IMG/VR virus record: IMGVR_UViG_3300032240_001991
Location: 262,659 to 326,658 of that record
DNA: 64,000 bases
Direction: 5' to 3' (one strand)
Shown: positions 39,039 through 48,900 of the stretch, piece after piece
Position numbering within the stretch: position 1 is the first letter of the stretch
Layout: every line of letters begins with the position of its first letter
Made by a program: the position numbers and the translations under genes
Notes under the pieces: generated by a model
Seen by the model: only the letters and a program-made list of their open reading frames with translations
Told to the model about the DNA's origin: nothing
The model's database searches: none

Positions 39039-39671
39039 ATGAAAAACTTATCATATCTAAGAGAACACCTAAGCTTTGATCAAGCCCAAGTTGTTCTTGA
39101 ATCAGACGATAAAGAAGGCAAGAGCCTTTATCTTAAAGGTATTGCCATTCAAGGCGGTATTCGCAACGCTAATCAGCGGGTTTATCCAGTTGGTGAAATC
39201 GCTAATGCTGTCAAGACTCTTAATGATCAAATACAAAACGGGTATTCTGTGCTAGGAGAAGTTGATCATCCCGATGACCTAAAAGTAAATTTAGACCGTG
39301 TTAGTCACATGATCACAAACATGTGGATGGACGGTCCTAACGGATATGGGAAGATGAAAATTCTTCCCACTCCAATGGGTAATTTAATTCGTACAATGCT
39401 CGAATCAGGTGTGAAGCTCGGAGTTAGTAGTCGTGGTAGCGGAAACGTTGACGACCGTACAGGCCAAGTAGCTGACTTTGAGATTATTACAGTTGATATC
39501 GTTGCCCAACCTAGTGCACCAGGAGCTTATCCTACACCAGTCTACGAACACCTAATGAACGCAAGAGGTGGTAATAGAGCGGTTAGGGTGGCGCATGAGG
39601 TTAAACAAGATCCTAAAGCACAGCAGTACTTAAAAGAGTCGCTGCTGAAAATAATATCCGGTTTGAAATAA
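39039..39671 (+). CDS. gp21: Prohead protease
   Basis: NANQRVYP, LGEVDHP, LGVSSRGSG and DIVAQPSAPGA. Confidence 0.93.
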   Translation: MKNLSYLREHLSFDQAQVVLESDDKEGKSLYLKGIAIQGGIRNANQRVYPVGEIANAVKTLNDQIQNGYSVLGEVDHPDDLKVNLDRVSHMITNMWMDGPNGYGKMKILPTPMGNLIRTMLESGVKLGVSSRGSGNVDDRTGQVADFEIITVDIVAQPSAPGAYPTPVYEHLMNARGGNRAVRVAHEVKQDPKAQQYLKESLLKIISGLK

Positions 39672-39684
39672 CCGTAAGGAGATA

Positions 39685-40785
39685 GTGATGTTGGACGCAT
39701 TCAAACAATTAGTAGAATCAGGCGTGATGACAGAAGAGACAAAATCAGTTGTTGAAGCTGCATTTGCTGCTAAGATTCAAGAGAATCGCGACCAAATCAC
39801 CGCTGAACTTCGTGAAGAATTCGCTCAAAAGTACAGTCATGACAAGACTGTAATGGTTGAAGCAATTGACAAGATGTTAAGCGAGCGATTGGCCGCAGAA
39901 ATGGCTGAGCTTGCAGAAGATAAGAATGCACTAGTTGAGGCTCGTGTTGCTTATCAGCAAAAAATGAAGGGTGACGCTAAGGTATTAGAGTCATTCATCG
40001 TTGGCCAGCTAGCAAAAGAAATGGTTGAATTCCAGAGCGATCGTAAGAAAGTTTCTGAAAATTTTTCCAAGTTAGAAAAATTCGTTGTTCATGCATTGGC
40101 AAAAGAGATTTCAGAATTTGCTACAGATAAAAAAGATCTAGCAGAAACTAAAGTTAAACTCGTAAGAGAAGCCAGAGCAAAGTTTGACGAAATAAAGACA
40201 GAGTTTATTAAGCGTAGTGCAAAGGTAGTTGAGAACGCAGTTACTAAGAAATTAACATCAGAAATCAAGCAATTGAAAGAAGATATTGATAGTGCTCGTA
40301 GCAACGACTTTGGACGTCGTTTATTTGAAGCATTTGCCCAAGAGTATTCTAATTCTTACCTAAACGAGAAGTCCGAAACAAGTAAATTGTTAAAGATTAT
40401 TGAAAAGAAAGAACTAGAATTGCACGAAGCAAAAACAGCTATAGAAGAAAAGCAGCGTATCGTTGAGTCCCGCGAGAAAGAAATCCGTATCGCTAAGGAC
40501 ACAGCCGAGAGAAGAGCTATTCTAGGCGAAATGTTGGCTCCGTTAGGTGCTGACAAAAGAGAATTAATGCGCAGTTTACTTGAGAATGTACACACAAACA
40601 AGTTAGCTGTTGCATTTGACAAATACCTACCCGCAGTGATGGAAGGCGAGACAAAGAAAGTGGCGAAAGCTACTTTGACGGAATCGACTGCTGTAACAGG
40701 CGATCGTGAAGTGAAGGCTGCTCAGCCACAACAGGTAGGCTCAGATAACATTTTAGAAATCCGCAAGTTAGCGGGTCTAAAATAA
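39685..40785 (+). CDS. gp22: Prohead core scaffold protein
   Basis: Coiled-coil, Glu/Lys-rich, FGRRLFEAF motif; sits between gp21 and gp23. Confidence 0.85.
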   Translation: MMLDAFKQLVESGVMTEETKSVVEAAFAAKIQENRDQITAELREEFAQKYSHDKTVMVEAIDKMLSERLAAEMAELAEDKNALVEARVAYQQKMKGDAKVLESFIVGQLAKEMVEFQSDRKKVSENFSKLEKFVVHALAKEISEFATDKKDLAETKVKLVREARAKFDEIKTEFIKRSAKVVENAVTKKLTSEIKQLKEDIDSARSNDFGRRLFEAFAQEYSNSYLNEKSETSKLLKIIEKKELELHEAKTAIEEKQRIVESREKEIRIAKDTAERRAILGEMLAPLGADKRELMRSLLENVHTNKLAVAFDKYLPAVMEGETKKVAKATLTESTAVTGDREVKAAQPQQVGSDNILEIRKLAGLK

Positions 40786-40809
40786 TTTTTACTATTCAAG
40801 GAGACATTA

Positions 40810-41985
40810 ATGTCACAGTTATTAAATGAAAGATGGTCCGAGACAAAGGAAGCTCTGCTTGAAGGCCTATCGGGTAATCGCCGCGCTTCAATGCAGGTTT
40901 GCTTAGAAAATACACGCCGTCACTTGGCAGAAGCCGCAACAAGCGGTGCAACTAGCGCAGGCAACGTTGCAACACTTAACCGTGTAATTCTTCCAGTAAT
41001 TAGACGTGTTATGCCAACAGTTATTGCTAATGAAATCATTGGCGTTCAGCCAATGACCGGTCCTGTTGGTCAGATCCACACTCTACGTGTTCGTTACGCA
41101 GACAGTGGAGACGGAGTAGTAGCAGGTGAAGAAGCACTAAGCCCATTCAAGATTGCTGCTGCTTATTCTGGTAACAATGTGGATTCAAATCCAAAGGCTG
41201 CTTCAACAAGCAACTTAGAAGGTGTACCAGGTAAGAGAATGAGCATCCAGATCCTCAAAGCTCCAGTAGAAGCTAAGAGCCGCAAGCTATCAGCTCGTTG
41301 GACATTTGAGGCTGCACAGGATGCACAGGCTCAGCAGGGCATTGACATCGAAGCAGAAATCATGGCAGCACTAGCTCAGGAAATCACAGTTGAAATTGAC
41401 CAAGAAATCCTAGCTTCACTACGTGGTCTAGCTTCAGTAGAAGAAACATATGACCAGGCACTAGTTTCTGGTACAGCAACATTCGTCGGTGACGAACATG
41501 CTGCACTAGCAATTCAGATCAACCGCGTCAGCAACCTAATTGCACAGCGTACACGTCGTGGCGCAGGCAACTGGGCTGTAGTTTCTAACCAGGCTCTAAC
41601 AATTCTTCAGAGCGCAACAACAAGTGCATTCGCACGTACCACAGAAGGTACATTTGAAGCACCAACAAACACTAAGTTCGTTGGTACACTAAACGGCGCT
41701 ATGAAGATCTATGTTGACAGCTACAAGGCTGATACAGACAACAACAACCAGGTTCTAATTGGATATAAGGGTGGAAGCGAAGCTGATGCACCAGCATTCT
41801 ACTGCCCATACATCCCGCTAATGAGCTCAGGTGTTGTACTAGATCCAACCACATTCGAGCCAGTCGTAGGCTTCCTAACACGCTACGGTTATGTTGAACT
41901 CAGCAACACCGCAAGCAGCTTAGGTAACGCTGCCGACTACCTCGGTAAGGTTGCAATCAACAACGCAACAGTAAGCTTCAAGTAA
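40810..41985 (+). CDS. gp23: Major capsid protein
   Basis: RRVMPTVIANEIIGVQPMTGPVGQIHTLR, SRKLSARWTFEAAQD, FYCPYIPL and GFLTRYG. Confidence 0.96.
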   Translation: MSQLLNERWSETKEALLEGLSGNRRASMQVCLENTRRHLAEAATSGATSAGNVATLNRVILPVIRRVMPTVIANEIIGVQPMTGPVGQIHTLRVRYADSGDGVVAGEEALSPFKIAAAYSGNNVDSNPKAASTSNLEGVPGKRMSIQILKAPVEAKSRKLSARWTFEAAQDAQAQQGIDIEAEIMAALAQEITVEIDQEILASLRGLASVEETYDQALVSGTATFVGDEHAALAIQINRVSNLIAQRTRRGAGNWAVVSNQALTILQSATTSAFARTTEGTFEAPTNTKFVGTLNGAMKIYVDSYKADTDNNNQVLIGYKGGSEADAPAFYCPYIPLMSSGVVLDPTTFEPVVGFLTRYGYVELSNTASSLGNAADYLGKVAINNATVSFK

Positions 41986-42011
41986 TAGAATTACTTGCAA
42001 TAGCATACAGG

Positions 42012-42040
42012 AAACCCGCCGCAAGGCGGGTTTTCTTTTG
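42012..42040 (+). terminator. Rho-independent terminator after the major capsid gene
   Basis: AAACCCGCC-GCAA-GGCGGGTTT followed by TCTTTT. Confidence 0.9.
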
Positions 42041-42056
42041 TCCAAATAAATAGTTA

Positions 42057-42278
42057 ATGCGAATTAACGAGATATTAAACGAATTAGGTGTTGGAGGAGG
42101 CAGGTCTTTTAAAGGCAGTCCTTGTACCAAAGATTGTTCAGGACATTCAGCCGGATATACCTGGGCTAAAAAGAAAGGCGTTAAAAATAGAAATCAATGT
42201 CCTGTTAAACCATCACATCAAAGTTTTTCAAACGGTTGCAGAATCGCAGGCGATGAAGAAAGCGAAGACACAGAATAA
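42057..42278 (+). CDS. Small Cys-rich protein, possible head-packaged protein
   Basis: MRINEILNE leader, then CTKDCSGHSAGYTWA...C...C; late box 4 nt upstream. Confidence 0.6.
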   Translation: MRINEILNELGVGGGRSFKGSPCTKDCSGHSAGYTWAKKKGVKNRNQCPVKPSHQSFSNGCRIAGDEESEDTE

Positions 42279-42361
42279 ATAGCTTGTCAGCCTACATAGG
42301 GTAGGTTTATGCAGAACCTAACTGCGTATCGACATAGAACGTCAACATAAGGAGAAAACAA

Positions 42362-43048
42362 ATGGGACGTCCAATTAAGAAGAAATATTTTGGATTTGGA
42401 AATCCAGACGGTGTAGGTGGAGAAGCGTTTGCATCTCTCGTTGTAACTAACACCGCAACAAACGCAGGATACAGTACAACTACAGCAGTTACATGGGTTG
42501 CATCAAGCCCGCAGTTAGTAGGAGGCACTCCTGCTGCTGGTACCGCTGCTGTTTCTTTTGTTACTGGTCAAGGCCGTATACAATCCTTAGGCATCACTAC
42601 TGCGGGTACAGGTTATACCAGCACCGCTAGTGTAACACTAACTTTTACACCTGCTCGAGTAGGCGGCACTGCTGCAACATTTGTACTAAACTTATCATCT
42701 GCTGTAACAAATACTATAGCTGCAAATGCATGGGTTCCAGTATCAGGAACTCAGTCATTAATAGCAGAGATTTTAAAGCAGAAAGCTTCACATCGTTATC
42801 GTGTAGCAACTTCAGAAGGTACTGGAGTTTGCCAACTAGTTGCTAGAGCGCCGGCAGCTGGCGGCGAAATGACGATTATTGCAACTGATAGTGCAAGTAA
42901 TCAATACTATGTTACTAAATTAACTGCACGCAAGGCTGTAGTTTATCAGAAGTCAGGTTCAGGATATCAGTTTACAAACGGTACTGAAGTAGGCTGGAAC
43001 TTAACCGCAGCACAAGCTAACGTCTCAGTTCTAGTAGCATCTAACTAA
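42362..43048 (+). CDS. Virion structural protein (head decoration/fibre-like)
   Basis: Thr/Ala/Gly-rich beta composition, ITTAGTGYT motif, strong AAGGAG SD, and a terminator downstream. Confidence 0.55.
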   Translation: MGRPIKKKYFGFGNPDGVGGEAFASLVVTNTATNAGYSTTTAVTWVASSPQLVGGTPAAGTAAVSFVTGQGRIQSLGITTAGTGYTSTASVTLTFTPARVGGTAATFVLNLSSAVTNTIAANAWVPVSGTQSLIAEILKQKASHRYRVATSEGTGVCQLVARAPAAGGEMTIIATDSASNQYYVTKLTARKAVVYQKSGSGYQFTNGTEVGWNLTAAQANVSVLVASN

Positions 43049-43067
43049 GATTAATATCTTAGAAAAG

Positions 43068-43094
43068 ATAGCCGCTTTGGCGGCTATTTTTTTG
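43068..43094 (+). terminator. Rho-independent terminator
   Basis: ATAGCCGC-TTTG-GCGGCTAT followed by a T run. Confidence 0.85.
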
Positions 43095-43108
43095 GTTAAA
43101 TAATCTAT

Positions 43109-43624
43109 ATGGCTACTGACTGGTTTTATTGTAACAACGTAACTCAAACCTATGAGGTTATTGAACATATACCTTGGGTTGATACTGATGATTATTTTCC
43201 TATAAAACATGCTAACGGAATGTTTTTAAGTTTATCTGCACCTTTACTGCATATAGCTAATTCTGTAGTTAATGACGTAAAAATGAAAACATATTTTTTA
43301 AATCTTTCAGATTTTCAAATTAAAGGACTCCCTGATATTATCTCAGGAGTTGAAGTTGAGATTAATATGAACAGGGGCGGACGAATTACAGACGAAACAA
43401 TACAGCTTATGTACAATGGAGCGTTTATTGGCGAAAATCGAGCTAACTTTGATTTATCTCCTGATAAACTTTATGGCAGTAACACTGACCTTTGGGGCAC
43501 AGTGTTAACTTCTGCAATTTTATCAAGTAGCACCTTTGGAATAGGGGTCAGATTTCAAAGCCATCCAAGCTGGCCTCATAGTGAATATCCTAGAATTGAT
43601 TACATCAGGATAAGAGTTCACTAA
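43109..43624 (+). CDS. Hypothetical late protein (171 aa)
   Basis: Full ORF with a TTAAATA box 6 nt upstream; beta-rich. Confidence 0.6.
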   Translation: MATDWFYCNNVTQTYEVIEHIPWVDTDDYFPIKHANGMFLSLSAPLLHIANSVVNDVKMKTYFLNLSDFQIKGLPDIISGVEVEINMNRGGRITDETIQLMYNGAFIGENRANFDLSPDKLYGSNTDLWGTVLTSAILSSSTFGIGVRFQSHPSWPHSEYPRIDYIRIRVH

Positions 43625-43652
43625 TAAAATAAATACAAGAAAGGAAACTTCG

Positions 43653-44660
43653 ATGGCCACAGATGTCTTAAAAGTACCGGGAGATTATAAAGTTATCGCT
43701 AAAAATGGCGATATTATCTTTGATCTTTACGGAACAACTACCGGTACTGTAAGAATCTACGGTAACTTAGATATATTTGGCACATCTACGTATGTGGTTA
43801 GTACAAACACTTTTATTACAGATAAAATAATTGTACTTAACTATCAAGAAAATTCTAATCCACCTGAGCCTACAGGTAACGTTGGCGGTATATTAATTGA
43901 CTCGTTCTCTGGTAATCCAAATGAATATGCGTCAATATTGTTTAACTATGATTCGGCGTGGAGTAACGGTCTAATATCAAGAGACGGTGTATTTGAATTT
44001 AAAGTAGGTAACACCGGTTCGTCAATTTTAACAAATGCTATCAGAATTGATCCAGGAACTGCTTTAGTTAATAGTGCTAACACTACTACACTGAATTTCC
44101 TTGGTGCAGAAAATCCAAACTCTGTGTTAAGCGTAAGCGGAACATACAATTACGAAATTAATGTTATTGACGATGACGATATTCCTAATAAGAAATATGT
44201 AGACGATCGCATTTATACCGGAACAGTATTTGCTCAAAAATTGCAGGTTGGAAATTCATTTATTGAAATAAATGATAATAGTGTAGTAGGACCTTTTTAC
44301 AATTCTACAGACAGAATTATTGCAGCACTTAGTAATCAAGAAGTGTTTAGATTAGAAGGATCAACTGCTAGAATTCAAGGATTGATGATAAACAACACTA
44401 CAGTAGAAATAAACACTTTTACTACAACTGCTACAAGCATTGCACTACAACCTCTTCCAGGCGGAAAGATTGTAATGAATGGTGCACTAACTTTAGTTAA
44501 TCAATCAACTTCAACTTTTGCTGCTGTGTCTAATCAAACGACTCTTTATTATTCAGAACCCATAGGTGGCGGAGGCACTGGCCTACATTTTGTAAATAGC
44601 AGTGTATCGGACGAATTAGTTAGCCGTAGAAAAGCAATCATTTACGGTATTATATTTTAA
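43653..44660 (+). CDS. Virion fibre/collar-associated structural protein
   Basis: Late box and AAGGA SD; DDDIPNKKYVDD fibre-type motif. Confidence 0.55.
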   Translation: MATDVLKVPGDYKVIAKNGDIIFDLYGTTTGTVRIYGNLDIFGTSTYVVSTNTFITDKIIVLNYQENSNPPEPTGNVGGILIDSFSGNPNEYASILFNYDSAWSNGLISRDGVFEFKVGNTGSSILTNAIRIDPGTALVNSANTTTLNFLGAENPNSVLSVSGTYNYEINVIDDDDIPNKKYVDDRIYTGTVFAQKLQVGNSFIEINDNSVVGPFYNSTDRIIAALSNQEVFRLEGSTARIQGLMINNTTVEINTFTTTATSIALQPLPGGKIVMNGALTLVNQSTSTFAAVSNQTTLYYSEPIGGGGTGLHFVNSSVSDELVSRRKAIIYGIIF

Positions 44661-44671
44661 GGTTTAAAAAA

Positions 44672-44989
44672 ATGGCACTATCAAACAAATATGTAAAAGC
44701 TGGAACAATTACACCAATATTCACTGCAACTGGCGAAGTAGCAGTGACTAATATGTTTTTCTGTAATAATTCAGCAACCGTTGACACAGAATTAGACATT
44801 TATTTTACACCAATTGCAAAGTCTGCAGGCACTGCAACTATAGTTATTAAATCGTTATCATTGCCTGCAACAGAAACGTTTGTATTTGATGCAGAAAAGT
44901 TAATTTTAGCTAACGGAGACGAAATTGGTGCAAAGGCAACTGTAGATAGTATTGTTGTTGCAACTGTGAGCTCGGTACAAACAGGATGA
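44672..44989 (+). CDS. Small beta-rich virion protein, probable paralog of 53491..53874
   Basis: Co-transcribed in the fibre cluster; shows a similar pattern to the 127-aa ORF. Confidence 0.55.
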   Translation: MALSNKYVKAGTITPIFTATGEVAVTNMFFCNNSATVDTELDIYFTPIAKSAGTATIVIKSLSLPATETFVFDAEKLILANGDEIGAKATVDSIVVATVSSVQTG

Positions 44990-45816
44990 AATATATAAAG
45001 AAACTTGCTCTTTATACTAAGAGCCCAATGAACGATAGATTATCTGTTTTAGACGATAATCGAATTGTTACGACTAGTAAAACTACAATGCAACTTCCTG
45101 CTGGAGTTAAGACAGATCGTCCTTCTACAGATTTGTTAACGACAGGCACCATTAGGTACAATTATTCTCTTAGAGAGTTTGAAGTTTATAATCCTGAGCC
45201 ATATAATACAGGTGCAAGTAACACTAAATGGGAAATTATAAGAACAGTTCGACAAGCAACAATTACTCGTCAAACATTAGGCTACGGTACATATGAAGAC
45301 ACTATTTTTGGACCGTTAGCTTACAACGTTGATGTTAATAAACCACAAAATGTTTTTGTATTTGTAGAAAATGTATATCAACTTCCAGTTACTGACTACA
45401 CGCTGATACAAGATCCTGCAAGTTCAACTTCAACCGTGGCACTAACAACTAGTAGTGGTGTTACAACTCTTTATCTTAACACATTAACTAACGTTGATGT
45501 TGGCATTGACGGACACTGGAGAACAATCAGTGCGCCAAGTGGAATACAAGTTGGCACAACCGTTACCAATGTTTCAAATGTGTGGAATAATATTTTTTAC
45601 GGATATCCTATAGAAATAAGCTTACCAACCACTGGATCAATAGGACAAGGAACCATAGTGTCTTTTGATTACCAAGCTGGCGTGTATATTCAATTTACAC
45701 CTGGTGGATTAGGTGCTCCTTTCATGAAACCAGTAACAGCATTGCTTGGATTTGATGGTTATTTCCCTGCCGGTCCTTACGGTACATCTTGGGAAGTTGA
45801 CGGTAATACACCCTAA
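44986..45816 (+). CDS. Virion structural protein
   Basis: Motifs MQLPAG...RPS...GTIRYN...FEVY and VFVFVENVYQLP..DY. Confidence 0.55.
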   Translation: MKYIKKLALYTKSPMNDRLSVLDDNRIVTTSKTTMQLPAGVKTDRPSTDLLTTGTIRYNYSLREFEVYNPEPYNTGASNTKWEIIRTVRQATITRQTLGYGTYEDTIFGPLAYNVDVNKPQNVFVFVENVYQLPVTDYTLIQDPASSTSTVALTTSSGVTTLYLNTLTNVDVGIDGHWRTISAPSGIQVGTTVTNVSNVWNNIFYGYPIEISLPTTGSIGQGTIVSFDYQAGVYIQFTPGGLGAPFMKPVTALLGFDGYFPAGPYGTSWEVDGNTP

Positions 45817-45853
45817 CTGATCTCTTTACTCAAACAGTAATAAATAGTATCGA

Positions 45854-45934
45854 TACTGAAGAAATTCAGTAGGAACATACTGTGGTAAACCCGCAATGTA
45901 AGGTGGTTGCCCGTGTAACACGGTGTATGAGGAG
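45854..45934 (+). promoter_or_regulatory. Candidate structured 5' leader RNA
   Basis: GAAA-capped hairpin and a multibranch fold abutting the GAGGAG SD; late box at 45839-45846. Confidence 0.45.
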
Positions 45935-45939
45935 TGTCA

Positions 45940-48900
45940 ATGGCCATCGGTCGAATCTCAGGTCCGCTATTAGCTAAAAATCTTTTAAGAGATGGCATAG
46001 ACCTTGCATTTGAAACAGATTTATTATACTTAGATGTAGCCAATGGGCGCATCGGTGTAAGAAAAAATAATCCTTCGTACGAACTTGATGTTAACGGTAC
46101 TATCAATGCTAAAAATTTAAGAGTAGTATATACCGGACCAGGCAGCGGGAAAGCAACGCTTGGCAAGTTAGAAATTACATCAGGCACTATTACTACTACA
46201 GTTGGCCCAATAAACATTCAACCAAGTGGTAATGAAACGATCAATCTTGTTGGCGACACAACTGTTACCGGAAATCTTCACGCTACTGGAAATATAACAG
46301 CTGATGGTAATATTACTTTAGGAAATAATACCGCAACTGACGTTGTTATATTTGAATCTGAAATTGGATCCTCTTTAATACCGGCAGCAGATCAACAATA
46401 TTCGTTAGGTAGTCAAGAACGTGCATGGCTTGATGCCTATGTGTCAACATTAGTTGCAAATCAACTTTCAAGCACCAGCACATTAAACATTAACTCTGGT
46501 GCCAATCTTGTACAGATTAATTCAGACCTTAAGGTAAATGGACAAAATCCCTTAGGCACCGCTCCAGTTATCACTAATGTCTTGTTTGTTACAATGGACG
46601 GTAATGACACTAATGATGGACGAGCAGCTGACGCAAGTCGTGCCTGTAAAACAATTTCAGGAGCAATACGTAGTCCTTATTATCGACCAGGTACTTTAAT
46701 TAAAGTATATAGCGGACATTATTTAGAGAATAATCCGTTATTATTACAACCAAATACAGCAGTTGTAGGAGACGATCTAAGAACAACATCTATTGAACCA
46801 ATTAATAAGACACAGGACTTATTCCATGTTCAAAGCGGTTGCTATATTGCGCAAGTGCAATTTTATAATGGACGCAGCGGATTATTACCCGGACCATATG
46901 TTAACGGTACTAATAGAGGTGCATATTGCACAGCATTTCCTCCACAAGTAGGAGGAAATAAGATTGACGTTTATCAATCACCTTACATACAGAACTGTAC
47001 TAATCAAAGCGGTCCGTGGTTAGTTGACGGAACAATGTTTGTACCTAACCAAACGGTACAAATTCCTCAAGCAGTTGGTACAACAGTATTTGACTCTAAC
47101 ACAACTACCATTGTTGTTACAATAACAACAGGCACAGTTGTTCCGGGGTTACATGTTATTAGCGGACCCCAAGACGTAGGATTTACTAATGCGAGAACAT
47201 TATTATTGTCAAATCTTGCATTTATACAAGACCAAACTGTTGCTTGGGTAAATCATCAGGTAAAAACTAGTAGCACAGTTTACATACCTCAGCTAGCTAC
47301 CACAACAAATTTTACAAATTTTACATACGATCAAGCTAAATGTTATCGCGATGTAGGATTAATTTTACAAAATGTAGCCTACGACGCAACTTTTGGCGGA
47401 AACGAAAAAGCCGTTGAAGCTGGGTTAGCTTATTGGAACGGCGTTATTAACTTAATTGAAGGGCAGCAAGGACAAACTACTGCGGCAATTAATTACATCA
47501 ATACATTAAGTCAAGCAATTATCACAAATACTACTGTAACAAATCTATACAGTTCATCAACTGCACAGATTATTAATACAGCGTTAGTGAACGGTGTTAT
47601 TGCTAGCGAAGAAATTACTAGCGCAATTGGCACTATAATTACAATTATCAATGACGGACCTATTGCCGCACCGCCTATCTTTATAAGCTGCGGACCTGAA
47701 ACGCCGTTAGTTAGCGCAGAACTATTATTACAACAAAATCGTAAATTCTTGCAAGGCGAAGTTACTGCCTATGTAGATGCAACCTATCCAACATTTGAAT
47801 ACAAGAAAGATTATTGCTATCGTGATGTTGGATTGATTGTTGATGCAGTAGCTCAAGACATTATTGTAGGCGGCAACACAAAATCTATTGAAGCAGCATT
47901 AAGTTATTATACAGGCGGTAAAGGTGATAGCAGCGTAGCTGAAACAGCAATAGTCAACAACTTTAATTTAATTAAAAATATTATACAAAATGGTCCATCA
48001 GTAGCTCCAGATCCTGTAAGCGGTCCTAATTTAGGGACAGGATTTTCTAACGCACAGGATATATTACTTGCTAATATCTTCTTTGTGCAAACAGAAGTTA
48101 GCGCATATGTAAGAAGCTTATTTGACAACACATTTAGATTAACACAATTACAACAAAATTTATGCTACAGAGACATTGGCACTATACTTACTGCAATTGC
48201 TGAAGATACAGCAGCTGGCGGTAATGTTAATACTGTTTACGCAGGATTACAATATTTTAATGGTTCTGTAAGTGTGCTACCAGGCAATCAAACAGAAAAA
48301 ACAATTCTCACTTTAAACTATATGCAACAGCTCTGTGTTAATATTATTAAAAATATTCAAAACACAGGGCTGTATCAAGTTTTAATTCCGCAGGTATTTG
48401 GAGATTATACCGGTACTGATCAAGCTAACGCAGTTAACGCTAATATTGAATTGATCACTGACATTATAACATTGGGACCAACCGTTGTTACATCGTTGTA
48501 CCCAATCTCTCAATCGATGACAACTGATGTTAGAAACATAAATGCATTTAATTTATTAACAGCAAACAAATCTTTTCTTGCTGCAGAATTAACCGGTTGG
48601 GTTGACACTACTTTTTCAAAAGGTTTTAATTATAATACAGCAACTTGCTATAGAGATACTGGGTTAATTGTTGACAGTTTAGCTTGGGACTTGTTACAAC
48701 AAGACACTAGTCAATCAATCTTCTCAGGACTTCAATACTATAATAAATCAGGATACACTGGTTCAATTAATAAAGAATTGACAACAACTACCGCAGCTAT
48801 TAACTATGCTAAAGAATTAGCAATGAAGGTAGTTGTCAACAGTACAGTAACTAATTTACAAACAGCAACTCTACAGGTATTTAATTTAGTTAATCCTGGA

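Noticed and set aside
45876-45929. Calling the leader a c-di-GMP-I riboswitch
   Set aside because: Only short words match; the P2 GNRA hairpin and receptor-bearing P3 are missing. Kept only as an unassigned structured leader.
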